Shown here piece after piece: positions 30,522 through 39,597 of a DNA stretch of 64,000 nt. The notes beneath the pieces are model-generated. The model worked only from the letters and a program-made list of their open reading frames with translations. It did no database searches and was not told where the DNA came from. Each line of letters begins with the position of its first letter. The stretch's first letter is position 1. The translations under genes were made by a program, and so were the position numbers. The DNA is from Candidatus Omnitrophota bacterium (GTDB taxonomy: Bacteria > Omnitrophota > Gorgyraeia > Zapsychrales > Fredricksoniimonadaceae): contig CAIOPG010000017.1 in NCBI GenBank assembly GCA_903860135.1, positions 139,364 to 203,363 on the forward strand, written 5' to 3'.

Positions 30522-31114
30522 TATTTCACTTTCAGCAGCAAGGCCATGACATCCATTAAGGGTTTTTCTTTGAGGTAACGATCCTCAACGCCAATATAAA
30601 GAAAATTATACCCCATTTCTCCGATGGTGAAGGCATACACCGAGATCATCTTGGGAACATCATCCTCAACCCGGAAAAGCAGATGACACCCCTTTCGGCC
30701 CGCCGGAAAGAACAGGCTTTTCTTCACAAGCGTTATATTACTAAAGACAGCCTTCATCTGCCGGACCATGAGCTCAATATATTGATCCGTCGACAGCGGA
30801 TTGCGGGACATATCATAGTTGGTCAAGACCATGTTCTCGAAAAAGGCATCCAGGGCATTCTCTTGGGGAGAAACAAAGGCCGCTATAACATCCGGCGACT
30901 GTTTGGGCCTTTCGATCCGCCATCCCCTTGGATAAACGCAACTAACGCCTTTTTCTTTGATATCAACCGAAGCAAAACTAACAAAGAACCAGATCAACAC
31001 CCCGACGATGGTTGCCGCCAGAAGACCGATAACAGCGAGCCAAAAAATGCGCGTCCATTTAACAACGTCGAAAGCTTCTGGTTGAGGCGCCGGGCCTCTG
31101 TCAATATTGTCCAT
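30518..31114 (-). CDS. Membrane-anchored hypothetical protein (PsbP/DcrB-like fold suspected)
   Basis: One TM followed by a YPRGW motif and an alpha/beta pattern; fold is an inference. Confidence 0.55.
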   Translation of the reverse strand: MDNIDRGPAPQPEAFDVVKWTRIFWLAVIGLLAATIVGVLIWFFVSFASVDIKEKGVSCVYPRGWRIERPKQSPDVIAAFVSPQENALDAFFENMVLTNYDMSRNPLSTDQYIELMVRQMKAVFSNITLVKKSLFFPAGRKGCHLLFRVEDDVPKMISVYAFTIGEMGYNFLYIGVEDRYLKEKPLMDVMALLLKVKY

Positions 31115-32435
31115 GAACCACCTCCCTGACAAGGTTCCACATGGGAACTGTTTCCATACAAAGATAAAGATGCGTCGCTACAGCCGTTTTCTCCCTGAGC
31201 AAGGCTATCATCCTGACATAAATATCCCTGCGGACTTCTGCCGTATAGCGGAGCTTACCATCTTCAGCTGTCAGAAGCTCAGCATCAAGGATTGTATTCA
31301 CCGGGAAGCGATTTTCAATGGTTTTCTTTTGCAAGGCTGTCATCCGCAAGGTCCCTAGGCTGATCCAGGCAATGCTTTCAGACGGAACATGCTTGAAAAT
31401 GTCCTGAACCACAGACGCATACACACCTTCCCAACCCGGCCTGAAGATCACAGGATCAAAATGGAACGCGACCCGGTAGCCATGCGCCGCGCAACGCCTG
31501 GCCGCATCCAAACGTTCTGCCAGCGAAGCCGAAAAGTGCTCCTCCTGGTCGATCGCTACCTGGGGATTCAACGACCACCCCACCACGATATTCGAAGAAG
31601 CCTTGACCTCGAGCAATCCGGCAACGTTGGCACTCTTGGTCTTGAACTCAAAAACACTGTCCGGATACCCCCGGAAAAAATCCACGACCGCGCCGGAGAA
31701 GCAGGTCAGGTCATCAAAAACCAGTGAGTCCGTTGTTTCACCTGACCCGACACGAATGTTTTTCCCGAAGTGCCTGAACGCATCAAAAGCACCGTCCAAC
31801 GATGCCGGGATAACGATCCCCGGAGCATTGGTATAACTTTGCAGGAAACAATAAGAACACTCGAAGGGACACCCGACCCCCAGATCAATGTTGTGATACC
31901 CGCACGGCACAACCCCCGGTGAACACGGGCAGTGCCGGATACGGCCATGCTGTCCCCGGAGAATAACCAGCTCTTCGGTGCGCCGATTATACGCCATACC
32001 GGCTACTGCCTTCGACGCCGCATACTCTTTATAACCGGGGATCCGGATCATTTCGGCTGAAGGAAATTTTTCTCTGGCGCGCCTGACCACCGGCGAGCTC
32101 TCTGCCCCCGCCTCGACATACACACGCAGTGGCGACGGCACCTTGGCCGCGCGCGTCAAGGGCATCGCTGTGGATGGATCGCTGTCCAGCGCCGGAAAAG
32201 ATTCCGAAATTCTTCCACCCGCCGAAGCCACAGGAAAGCGGCGCGCCACAAGATGATCTTTGACAGCCGGGTACGCCTGGCATCCGACGGGCACCGCCAT
32301 CAACACAGCCGCCAGGGGCATCGCCTCACGCTTGGCGATCTCAAACACCAGGCGCCTGATCTCCTGCTGTTTGTTCGGGCCAAACAAAGGAAAGCGTACG
32401 CTGACGAGCCTGCGCAAATCCTGTTGATCGATCAT
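31101..32435 (-). CDS. Spore-photoproduct-lyase-family radical SAM protein with N-terminal extension
   Basis: GCPFECSYCFLQ, GETTDSL, EFKTKS, WSLNP, FHFDP, YLCME; start overlaps the AKR stop (ATGA). Confidence 0.85.
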   Translation of the reverse strand: MIDQQDLRRLVSVRFPLFGPNKQQEIRRLVFEIAKREAMPLAAVLMAVPVGCQAYPAVKDHLVARRFPVASAGGRISESFPALDSDPSTAMPLTRAAKVPSPLRVYVEAGAESSPVVRRAREKFPSAEMIRIPGYKEYAASKAVAGMAYNRRTEELVILRGQHGRIRHCPCSPGVVPCGYHNIDLGVGCPFECSYCFLQSYTNAPGIVIPASLDGAFDAFRHFGKNIRVGSGETTDSLVFDDLTCFSGAVVDFFRGYPDSVFEFKTKSANVAGLLEVKASSNIVVGWSLNPQVAIDQEEHFSASLAERLDAARRCAAHGYRVAFHFDPVIFRPGWEGVYASVVQDIFKHVPSESIAWISLGTLRMTALQKKTIENRFPVNTILDAELLTAEDGKLRYTAEVRRDIYVRMIALLREKTAVATHLYLCMETVPMWNLVREVVHGQY

Positions 32436-33340
32436 CCCCTGATCCCGACCAATGCCTGCGCTGACAGATCCCAGCCCGAAGCCGCCATATTCGCCTGCAC
32501 CTGCCGCGCATCGCGGCAACCGGCCAGCACGGTCATAACACCCGGCTGCTGGCGCACCCAGTTCAACGCCGTTTGATTCGGCGCGTACCCGAAAGAACAC
32601 AGATTCTTTACGGCACACTGCGCCTTTTCAAAACCTTCTTTTTCATAAAATGTATAAAACATTTTGCGCGCATCGCGCTTCGTAAAATTCGGAACACCGG
32701 TATATTTCCCGGTCAATATCCCGCCGCCCATGACGCCATAGGCAATTAGGCCGATACCTTTCTCACGGCAAAAAGGCAACAGTTCTGCTTCCACCTTCCG
32801 CTCCAGGATCGAATACGGCGCCTGCAATGTCGCCACCGGCGCCACCGCACACGCCTTGCGGAGCAACGGAAGATCAAAATTCGAAACACCGATATGCCGT
32901 ATTTTTCCCGCCTTGCGCAACTGCAACAACGCCTCCATGGTCTTCTCCACAGGCATTGCCGGATCCGGCCAATGGCACATATAAAGATCGATCACCTCAC
33001 ACTGCAGGCGCGCCAACGACTGGTCTACCTCATTGAAGATCGACGCCGGTGTCAAATCGTGCGCCACACGCCCGTTGGCACGGACCAAACCGCACTTGGT
33101 GGCGATAAAAACTTTTTCACGGCGCCCCCGGATGGCCTGCCCGATCAAGGCCTCTGACCGACCGTCCGAATAAAAAGGTGCCGTATCAATGAAATTCACA
33201 CCGAGCCCAATGGCCGCATCGACCGCCGCCAGGCATGCGGCATCATCCGCCCCGCCCCAGTTATCTCCGCCAAAAACCCAGGTACCCAGCCCCATGACAG
33301 ATACTTTTTCTTTTGTTCCCGGGAAATCTGTGTATTTCAT
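32432..33340 (-). CDS. Aldo/keto reductase
   Basis: GLGTW, IDTAPFY, IATKCG, IDLY..HWPD, IGVSNF. Confidence 0.93.
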   Translation of the reverse strand: MKYTDFPGTKEKVSVMGLGTWVFGGDNWGGADDAACLAAVDAAIGLGVNFIDTAPFYSDGRSEALIGQAIRGRREKVFIATKCGLVRANGRVAHDLTPASIFNEVDQSLARLQCEVIDLYMCHWPDPAMPVEKTMEALLQLRKAGKIRHIGVSNFDLPLLRKACAVAPVATLQAPYSILERKVEAELLPFCREKGIGLIAYGVMGGGILTGKYTGVPNFTKRDARKMFYTFYEKEGFEKAQCAVKNLCSFGYAPNQTALNWVRQQPGVMTVLAGCRDARQVQANMAASGWDLSAQALVGIRG

Positions 33341-33417
33341 CGCGGACCTTTTCTTTCCTTGCTTTTGTGTTTATACTGTTGGGCATAACTATAACACAAT
33401 AGTCAAAGGCCAGCCGC

Positions 33418-34101
33418 ATGGACAGTCACTTCGAAGCGCTCTACGGGATCAAACCGGCGTCGATCCAACCGCTGTGCGTCATCATGCCCTTTGACATTCC
33501 CGGCGTGACCAAAGAACTTGGCCTATCCGCCATGACCCGGGGCCGCGTCTTTGCCTGCGGCCAGGGCGCTGGCTTTACCCTTATCCGTTCGGGCATGAGC
33601 GCGGGCTTTGTCGGTGACTGCACCCTTTACCTTGAAGAGACCCCCTGCCGGCAAATACTCTTTCTGGGAACCTGCGGCTTGATCCGCCACCGCGATGATC
33701 TGGATATCGGCAGCCTTGTAACCCCGGCCATCATCCATGCCTTTGAAAGCTTCAGCGCCATTGTCACCAACACCCTGGTCCTGCCGGAGCCGCTATTCGC
33801 CGATAACACCCTCACCCGGACCCTGCCCGTCCCCGGCGTCAATGTCATCAGTTTTGCCTCGCTCCACGAAGAAGAAAAGCACCTGGCTCTTTTTGACCAG
33901 CTGAACGCCCAGGTCATCGAAATGGAATGCCATGCCTTTTTCCTGGCCTGCCGCCAGATCCACCGCCCCGCCGGAGCCATCCTTGTCATTGCCGATATCC
34001 TTCAGGAAAAAACCTTTGCCTCCTCTTTGGTTGCCGAAGACAAAAAGAAACTAACCGAAGGTATCCGCCAGGCGTGCCAGTGGATCAAAAAATCGCTTTG
34101 A
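33418..34101 (+). CDS. Purine/uridine nucleoside phosphorylase-fold protein (divergent)
   Basis: FLGTCG, DIGSLV, IEMEC motifs. Confidence 0.65.
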   Translation: MDSHFEALYGIKPASIQPLCVIMPFDIPGVTKELGLSAMTRGRVFACGQGAGFTLIRSGMSAGFVGDCTLYLEETPCRQILFLGTCGLIRHRDDLDIGSLVTPAIIHAFESFSAIVTNTLVLPEPLFADNTLTRTLPVPGVNVISFASLHEEEKHLALFDQLNAQVIEMECHAFFLACRQIHRPAGAILVIADILQEKTFASSLVAEDKKKLTEGIRQACQWIKKSL

Positions 34102-34126
34102 CAATTTCTTCAGGCTCTGTTATATT
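34098..34126 (+). promoter_or_regulatory. Sigma70 promoter of the ferredoxin gene
   Basis: TTGACA, 17-nt spacer, TATATT with extended TG. Confidence 0.7.
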
Positions 34127-34162
34127 TTCAAAACTGTTAAACCTTTTATCAGGAGCTATTTT

Positions 34163-34438
34163 ATGCCTCATGTTGTCTGCGAACCCTGTGTGAATTGCCG
34201 TAACACCAATTGCTGCGTTGTTTGCCCCGTGGAAGCGTTCCGCGAGGATGCCAATATGCTCGTGATCGACCCGGATGCCTGCATCGACTGCGGCGCCTGC
34301 GCCGGCGAATGCCCCGTCCAGGCCATCTACCCTGATGGTGACGTACCGGCCAAGTGGGAAAAATATATCGCCCTTAACAAGTCCAAGGCGCCTTCATTGC
34401 CGGTGATCAACACGAAAAAGACTCCGCTGAAAAAGTAA
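34163..34438 (+). CDS. Dicluster ferredoxin (FdxA-like)
   Basis: CVNC...C..VCPV and IDPDACIDCGACAGECP. Confidence 0.9.
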   Translation: MPHVVCEPCVNCRNTNCCVVCPVEAFREDANMLVIDPDACIDCGACAGECPVQAIYPDGDVPAKWEKYIALNKSKAPSLPVINTKKTPLKK

Positions 34439-34455
34439 ACCGGCGGCCGGAATAT

Positions 34456-34489
34456 AAAAAAGGGCGCTGAAACGATCAGCGCCTTTTTT
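34456..34489. terminator. Bidirectional rho-independent terminator
   Basis: A-tract, ggcgctga-aacga-tcagcgcc hairpin, T-tract. Confidence 0.75.
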
Positions 34490-34520
34490 ATTACTGAGCG
34501 ACAGATAAAAGGAAACAACC

Positions 34521-36248
34521 ATGAAAAAGAACAAAATATCACCCAAACCCATGACCGGCGCCCAGGCCCTGATCAAATGCCTCGAAGCGCACGGTGTGCA
34601 ATACATTTTTGGCCTGCCCGGCGGATCCGCGATCCCGATCTTCGACGCTCTCTATGAATCCAAGATCAAAACGATCCTCGTGCGCCATGAACAGGGTGCC
34701 ACCCACATGGCTGACGGCTACGCCCGTGCCACTGGCAAGGTCGGCGTGGCGCTGGTCACCTCAGGTCCTGGCGCCACCAATACCGTGACCGGCATCATGA
34801 CAGCCATGATGGACTCTATCCCCATGGTCGTTTTTGCAGGACAAACCATTTCCCCGATGCTGGGCAAGGATGCCTTTCAGGAATCCGACATCACCGGTAT
34901 CACCATGCCGGTCGTCAAACACAATTACCTGGTCAAGGATACCAACGCGATCCCGCGCATTGTCAAAGAAGCGTTCCATATTGCCTCAACTGGACGGCCA
35001 GGCCCTGTGCTTGTCGACCTGCCCAAAGACGTGACCGCCGGTGCCTTCACCGCTGCGCTCGACCAGGCGATGGACATCCCCGGCTACACGATCCCTTGCA
35101 AGGGCAACAGGGCGGATATCCTCAAGCTCGCCAAATTATTCAAACAAGCGCGCAAACCGCTGATCCTCGCTGGCCACGGCGCGGTCATTGCCAACGCCGA
35201 CAAAGCTGTCAAAGCACTGGCCGAAAAAACCAACACGCCTGTAACCGTTACCCTGCTGGGCAAAGGTGCTTTTCCTGAAACACATCGTTTGTCTTTGGGT
35301 ATGCTCGGTATGCATGGCACGGTTTATGCCAACAAGGCCCTGACCGGCTGCGATCTGATCGTTTCCATCGGTGCCCGCTGGGATGACCGCATCAACGGGA
35401 ACAACGACGAATTCTGTATCGGCGCCAAGAAAGTCCACATTGACATTGACCCGGCGGAGATCAACAAGATCGTCCGGCCGGATGTTGCCATTATCGGCGA
35501 CGCCCGCCTCATTGTCGAAGAACTCCTCAAGCATGTGGGCCCAGTGGACACAACCGAATGGCTGGCTGAACTGGAAGGTTACAAACAGCAGTTCCCGCTC
35601 CACTATTCCGACGCCGAAGGCCTTACCGCCCAGCGCGTCATCGACGACCTGTACCATGTCACCCAAGGCAAGGCCATTGTCACCACCGATGTCGGCCAGC
35701 ACCAGATGTGGGCGGCGCAGTTTTACAAGACTGACCTCTGCCACAACTGGCTTTCCTCGGGCGGCGCCGGCACCATGGGCTACGGCTACCCGGCGGCCAT
35801 CGGGGCGCAGTTCGGACGCCCGGGCGAACTCGTCGTGGCCATCGTCGGCGACGGCGGCTTCCAGATGACCTTGTGTGAACTGGCCACCGCGGCGGTCAAC
35901 AAACAGCCCGTCAAGGTGCTGGTCATTGACAATAAATACCTTGGCATGGTCCGCCAGTGGCAGTCGCTCTTTTTTGACAACAGGCTTTCGGGTGTTGATC
36001 TTGCCGGAAACCCGGACTTTGTAAAACTCGCGGAAGCTTACGGGATCAAGGGCTTCCATATTGATACGGTCAAGGACTGCCGCAAGGTCCTCGCCGAGGC
36101 CATGGCGCACAAGGGGCCGGCACTCATCCACGCGGAAGTCATCAAGGAAGGCAATGTCTTCCCCATGATCCCGGCGGGAAAGTCCGCGTACCACATCATC
36201 ACCGAAGCGCCGAAAACAAAAATGGAAAAACCCACAGGCTCAACCTGA
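34521..36248 (+). CDS. ilvB: Acetolactate synthase large subunit
   Basis: [34 protein letters not shown]. Confidence 0.96.
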   Translation: MKKNKISPKPMTGAQALIKCLEAHGVQYIFGLPGGSAIPIFDALYESKIKTILVRHEQGATHMADGYARATGKVGVALVTSGPGATNTVTGIMTAMMDSIPMVVFAGQTISPMLGKDAFQESDITGITMPVVKHNYLVKDTNAIPRIVKEAFHIASTGRPGPVLVDLPKDVTAGAFTAALDQAMDIPGYTIPCKGNRADILKLAKLFKQARKPLILAGHGAVIANADKAVKALAEKTNTPVTVTLLGKGAFPETHRLSLGMLGMHGTVYANKALTGCDLIVSIGARWDDRINGNNDEFCIGAKKVHIDIDPAEINKIVRPDVAIIGDARLIVEELLKHVGPVDTTEWLAELEGYKQQFPLHYSDAEGLTAQRVIDDLYHVTQGKAIVTTDVGQHQMWAAQFYKTDLCHNWLSSGGAGTMGYGYPAAIGAQFGRPGELVVAIVGDGGFQMTLCELATAAVNKQPVKVLVIDNKYLGMVRQWQSLFFDNRLSGVDLAGNPDFVKLAEAYGIKGFHIDTVKDCRKVLAEAMAHKGPALIHAEVIKEGNVFPMIPAGKSAYHIITEAPKTKMEKPTGST

Positions 36249-36266
36249 TTACGACAAGGTTAATAT

Positions 36267-36764
36267 ATGAAACAGGACGGGATTCACACACTCAGTATTC
36301 TGGTGGCCAACAAACCGGGCGTCCTGGTGCGCGTGGCGCTCACCTTTGCCCGCCGCGGCTACAATATCGATTCACTCGTCGTCTCCGCGACACATAACCC
36401 GAAATTCTCGCGCATGACCGTCACCGCCAAAGGTGACCCGGCGACACTCGAACAGATCATCAAACAGCTCAACAAACTGATCGACGTCATCCACGCCAGC
36501 GAACACGACACCGCCGCTTCGCTGGACTTGGAATTATCTTTGCTTAAAGTAAAAGCCTCGGGGACCTCGCGGGCCGTCATCGTCAAGCACATCCGTGAAC
36601 ATCAGGCGAAGCTCATGGATGAAAGTGATGACTACCTGATCATCGCCCAGACAGGAACAACCGCCGAGCTTAACAAATTTGAAACCCTGCTCAACAAATA
36701 CGGCCTCACAGAAATGGTCCGCTCCGGAAAACTTCTCATGACCAGGGGCAAAGAAAAGACCTGA
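36267..36764 (+). CDS. ilvN: Acetolactate synthase small subunit
   Basis: ACT domain NKPGVL.RV..FARRGYNIDSL, QIIKQLNKLIDV. Confidence 0.95.
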   Translation: MKQDGIHTLSILVANKPGVLVRVALTFARRGYNIDSLVVSATHNPKFSRMTVTAKGDPATLEQIIKQLNKLIDVIHASEHDTAASLDLELSLLKVKASGTSRAVIVKHIREHQAKLMDESDDYLIIAQTGTTAELNKFETLLNKYGLTEMVRSGKLLMTRGKEKT

Positions 36765-36782
36765 CCCACCCCTGGGTTTTTT

Positions 36783-37199
36783 CTATTCTTCCCAGGCGAT
36801 ATCCGACGGGCTGACGGCTTCGGGGGATGGCTCTTGACCCTGGGCGTAACTGCCGCGTGGAGCACTCCCCTCGTCGGTTCGCTTGGGCATAAAATGAATG
36901 TTGTTGGCCGAGATCCTAACGCGGCTTTGGGTCTTGCCGTCTTTTTCCCAGCGGTCCTGCTTCAAACGCCCCTCGACAATAACGCCACTGCCCCGCTTCA
37001 AATACTTGCCGCAATTTTCTGCCTGGGGCCCCCAGACTTCAACGTCGAAATAAGAAACTTCGGTAACCCGTTCGTTATTCTTCGTAAAAATACGGTTGTT
37101 GGCGATGGCCATACTGCACACCGTTTTCCCGGAAGGTGTGTTTTTCAACTCCGGATCGCGCGTGAGATTGCCCATGATGTTGACACTGTTGAGGCTCAT
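36783..37199 (-). CDS. ssb: Single-stranded DNA-binding protein
   Basis: GNLTRDPE, VEGRL, acidic tail DIAWEE. Confidence 0.93.
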   Translation of the reverse strand: MSLNSVNIMGNLTRDPELKNTPSGKTVCSMAIANNRIFTKNNERVTEVSYFDVEVWGPQAENCGKYLKRGSGVIVEGRLKQDRWEKDGKTQSRVRISANNIHFMPKRTDEGSAPRGSYAQGQEPSPEAVSPSDIAWEE

Positions 37200-37368
37200 T
37201 GGTCATCCTTTCATTTTTCTTTTGCGCAACCTCGTCGGAACGCAAAAATAAACCGTTGACATTTTATTTATCCGTATTTAATTATTACAAATTGTTTGAA
37301 CGTTATGAAACATTCATTATTATAAAGACAGATACAAAAACTTTTAAACTCGGAAAGGAGAAAATAAA

Positions 37369-37449
37369 ATGGCCACAGCAAAGAAAGCTCCGGCGAAGAA
37401 AGTTGCCGCGAAGAAAGCTCCTGCAAAGAAGACAGCGAAGAAGAAGTAA
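37369..37449 (+). CDS. 26-aa Lys/Ala/Pro-rich histone-H1-like microprotein
   Basis: Not in the ORF track; AAGGAG RBS 8 nt upstream; MATAKKAPAKKVAAKKAPAKKTAKKK; terminator immediately downstream. Confidence 0.75.
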   Translation: MATAKKAPAKKVAAKKAPAKKTAKKK

Positions 37450-37469
37450 TAGCTTCTCCGTCCTTTTGT

Positions 37470-37502
37470 AAAAAACCCTCTCATATCTTTAGAGGGTTTT
37501 TT
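37470..37502. terminator. Bidirectional terminator between the microprotein and sodA
   Basis: aaaaaaccctct-catatcttt-agagggtttttt. Confidence 0.75.
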
Positions 37503-37511
37503 ATTTTATGG

Positions 37512-38123
37512 CTATTTTGTCGCCGAGTAAAAACGATTCACCGCTGTCCAATTGATCACATGGTAAAAAGCCTCAATGTAATCAGCGCGGCGATTCTGAT
37601 AATTCAGGTAATACGCGTGCTCCCACACATCGATGACGAGGATCGGCTTTTGGCCGAGCGACAAGGGTGTGTCCTGGTTGGCCGTTTTCACGATGGCGAG
37701 CCGGCCAAGGGCATTGACCACAAGCCAGGCCCAGCCGGAACCAAACTGCGTGAGTGCCGCCTCGGAGAACTTCGCCTTGAAGCCGGCAAAAGATCCAAAA
37801 TCCGCCTTGATCGCGTCGGCAACCGCACCGACAGGTTCTCCGCCCGCCTTGGGACCGATCACCGCCCAGTAAAGCGTATGGTTGACCGCGCCGCCGCCGT
37901 TATTGCGCACCGCCGACCGCACCTCGTCGGGCACACTGTCGATGGCGGCAAGCAGGTCTTCCGCTGTCCTGTCCTCAAGGCCGGGTTTCCCGGCGATGGC
38001 GGCATTGAAACGCTCGACATACGTCTTGTGATGCTTGCCATGATGGATCTCGAGCGTCCTGGCATCAAGAAAGGGTTCGAGCGCGTCATAAGCATACGCA
38101 AGCTGAGGTAATTGATACGGCAT
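37512..38123 (-). CDS. sodA: Superoxide dismutase, Mn-type signature
   Basis: HHGKHH, NNGGG..NH, FGSGWAW, TANQD, DVWEHAYY; start reset to MPYQLP. Confidence 0.9.
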   Translation of the reverse strand: MPYQLPQLAYAYDALEPFLDARTLEIHHGKHHKTYVERFNAAIAGKPGLEDRTAEDLLAAIDSVPDEVRSAVRNNGGGAVNHTLYWAVIGPKAGGEPVGAVADAIKADFGSFAGFKAKFSEAALTQFGSGWAWLVVNALGRLAIVKTANQDTPLSLGQKPILVIDVWEHAYYLNYQNRRADYIEAFYHVINWTAVNRFYSATK

Positions 38124-38152
38124 ACAAGCCTCCTGTTTTTTCTGATCGCACA

Positions 38153-38752
38153 TCAACGCGACTGAATGGTTAGCGGTGTGCCTGTTTCCAGCGACTGCAA
38201 CCAATCTTTAAGATCCCCGGGGTCCGCCTGAAGCATGGCGTAAGACATTAATGTTTTCTCCGGCTGGAGGCGCAACACCAGCGGGCACTCCGCAGCTATC
38301 GTCGCGCCTAAAGCCCCTTCGCTCCCCAGGAAAAGATCATTATACCCGTAAGCCACCGCTTGTTCAATGTCTGTCCAGCGGTGCCCCTGAGACCACCGCC
38401 CGCGGCTTGCCCGCGAGCTGATCACACGCTCCGGCTTTACGACGGTACAAACATCCCCTGGCTCTTGCGACGCACAGGGCTCTATCAAACAACTGCAGGC
38501 ACCGATACGCCAGAGTGCCGTCAGGACAATAAAATAAGAAGGCGATGCCTCTGCCAGAAGAAGGACGCGCGTCTGGGGGCGGACAGCGATCTCTTTCAAA
38601 TAACGCGCCGTGCTGTGCACGTAACCGTTGACCGCACCCCAAAAGATACTGCGACCGCGCCAGGCAATGGCAACCTTTGCCGGATAACGGATCGCGTTAA
38701 GATAAACCGGGCATGGCGTCAAGCGATCACCGCGCCTTAGGCGCCCTGACAA
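38153..38752 (-). CDS. Truncated AMP-binding (acyl-CoA-ligase-like) N-terminal subdomain protein
   Basis: Resembles the adenylation-domain N-terminus (YPAKVAI, ALWRIGA) but is only 199 aa and lacks the TSGTTG P-loop. Confidence 0.55.
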   Translation of the reverse strand: MSGRLRRGDRLTPCPVYLNAIRYPAKVAIAWRGRSIFWGAVNGYVHSTARYLKEIAVRPQTRVLLLAEASPSYFIVLTALWRIGACSCLIEPCASQEPGDVCTVVKPERVISSRASRGRWSQGHRWTDIEQAVAYGYNDLFLGSEGALGATIAAECPLVLRLQPEKTLMSYAMLQADPGDLKDWLQSLETGTPLTIQSR

Positions 38753-38758
38753 CGGCGT

Positions 38759-39109
38759 TCATTCCATATTACCCTTGAGGTGTTCGCGTATATGCAAGAC
38801 TTCGCCCTGATAGCGCGGGATAAGGTGCAGGTGCGCGTGCATGACCACCTGCCCTGCGGCGGCACCGCAATTGGCCCAGATATTATACCCGTGCGGCGCA
38901 TGCTGCTGATCCAGAAGCGTTTTTAAGCGCGTCAAAAGTTCCTGCATGGCCGTGAATTCTTCGGGTGTCGCGTCGAATATTTCCCTGAAATGGCGGCGCG
39001 GGATAACCAGCGTATGCCCTTGCGACAACGGCTTAATATCGTACACCGCATAGGCCAGGCTGTTTTCCATGATCCGCGGGATATTCTTGCAAAAAACACA
39101 GTCACTCAT
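38759..39109 (-). CDS. HIT family hydrolase
   Basis: CVFC, GHTLVIP, AGQVVMHAHLHLIPR. Confidence 0.93.
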   Translation of the reverse strand: MSDCVFCKNIPRIMENSLAYAVYDIKPLSQGHTLVIPRRHFREIFDATPEEFTAMQELLTRLKTLLDQQHAPHGYNIWANCGAAAGQVVMHAHLHLIPRYQGEVLHIREHLKGNME

Positions 39110-39118
39110 GGCCGACTC

Positions 39119-39385
39119 CTAGGCAGGCATATTACGGGCAAACTCTTCCACTTCTTTGCGGGCGCGATCAATGTCTTCCATGGAAAAAATGTCGCAGTAA
39201 AGCTGTACCGCCAGGTCCTTGTCGCCTTCACGCAAAACATCCCGGACATCCCACATGGTCGGCTCTTCCTGACGCGCGCGTTCCTGGTACAATTTTTGTG
39301 CCTTGCGCAGTGCAATGATCCAGTAGATCTGCAGACCCAGCAGGATCAAAAGCGCCGCACTGATAAAAATAGCGAACCAGATCAT
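39119..39385 (-). CDS. Small membrane-anchored hypothetical protein
   Basis: N-terminal TM; start overlaps the xseB stop (ATGA). Confidence 0.65.
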   Translation of the reverse strand: MIWFAIFISAALLILLGLQIYWIIALRKAQKLYQERARQEEPTMWDVRDVLREGDKDLAVQLYCDIFSMEDIDRARKEVEEFARNMPA

Positions 39386-39597
39386 AACCCTCCCTCGGCC
39401 ACAGGGGCATCGAATTTTGCGACGATCTCCCGGACCTCGAATTCCGCCTTGGCGATCTTGTCCCTGCAAAGTTTGACAAGGACCGCCGCTTCTTTGACTT
39501 TCTCGGAAAGCTCGTCGATGTCAATCTCTTCGCTCTCGATCTTGCCCATGATCTCTTCAAGCCGGGCAACAGCCTTGGAATATTTGATATCAGCCAT
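39382..39597 (-). CDS. xseB: Exodeoxyribonuclease VII small subunit
   Basis: Y..A..RLEEI..KIE...IDEL...C...L pattern; follows xseA. Confidence 0.9.
   Translation of the reverse strand: MADIKYSKAVARLEEIMGKIESEEIDIDELSEKVKEAAVLVKLCRDKIAKAEFEVREIVAKFDAPVAEGGL

Noticed and set aside
35136-36194. 352-aa minus-strand ORF
   Set aside because: Antisense shadow of ilvB caused by codon bias.
37199-37471. 90-aa Arg-rich ORF from the track
   Set aside because: The Shine-Dalgarno supports the 26-aa ORF in another frame; the 90-aa ORF runs through an AT-rich promoter region.
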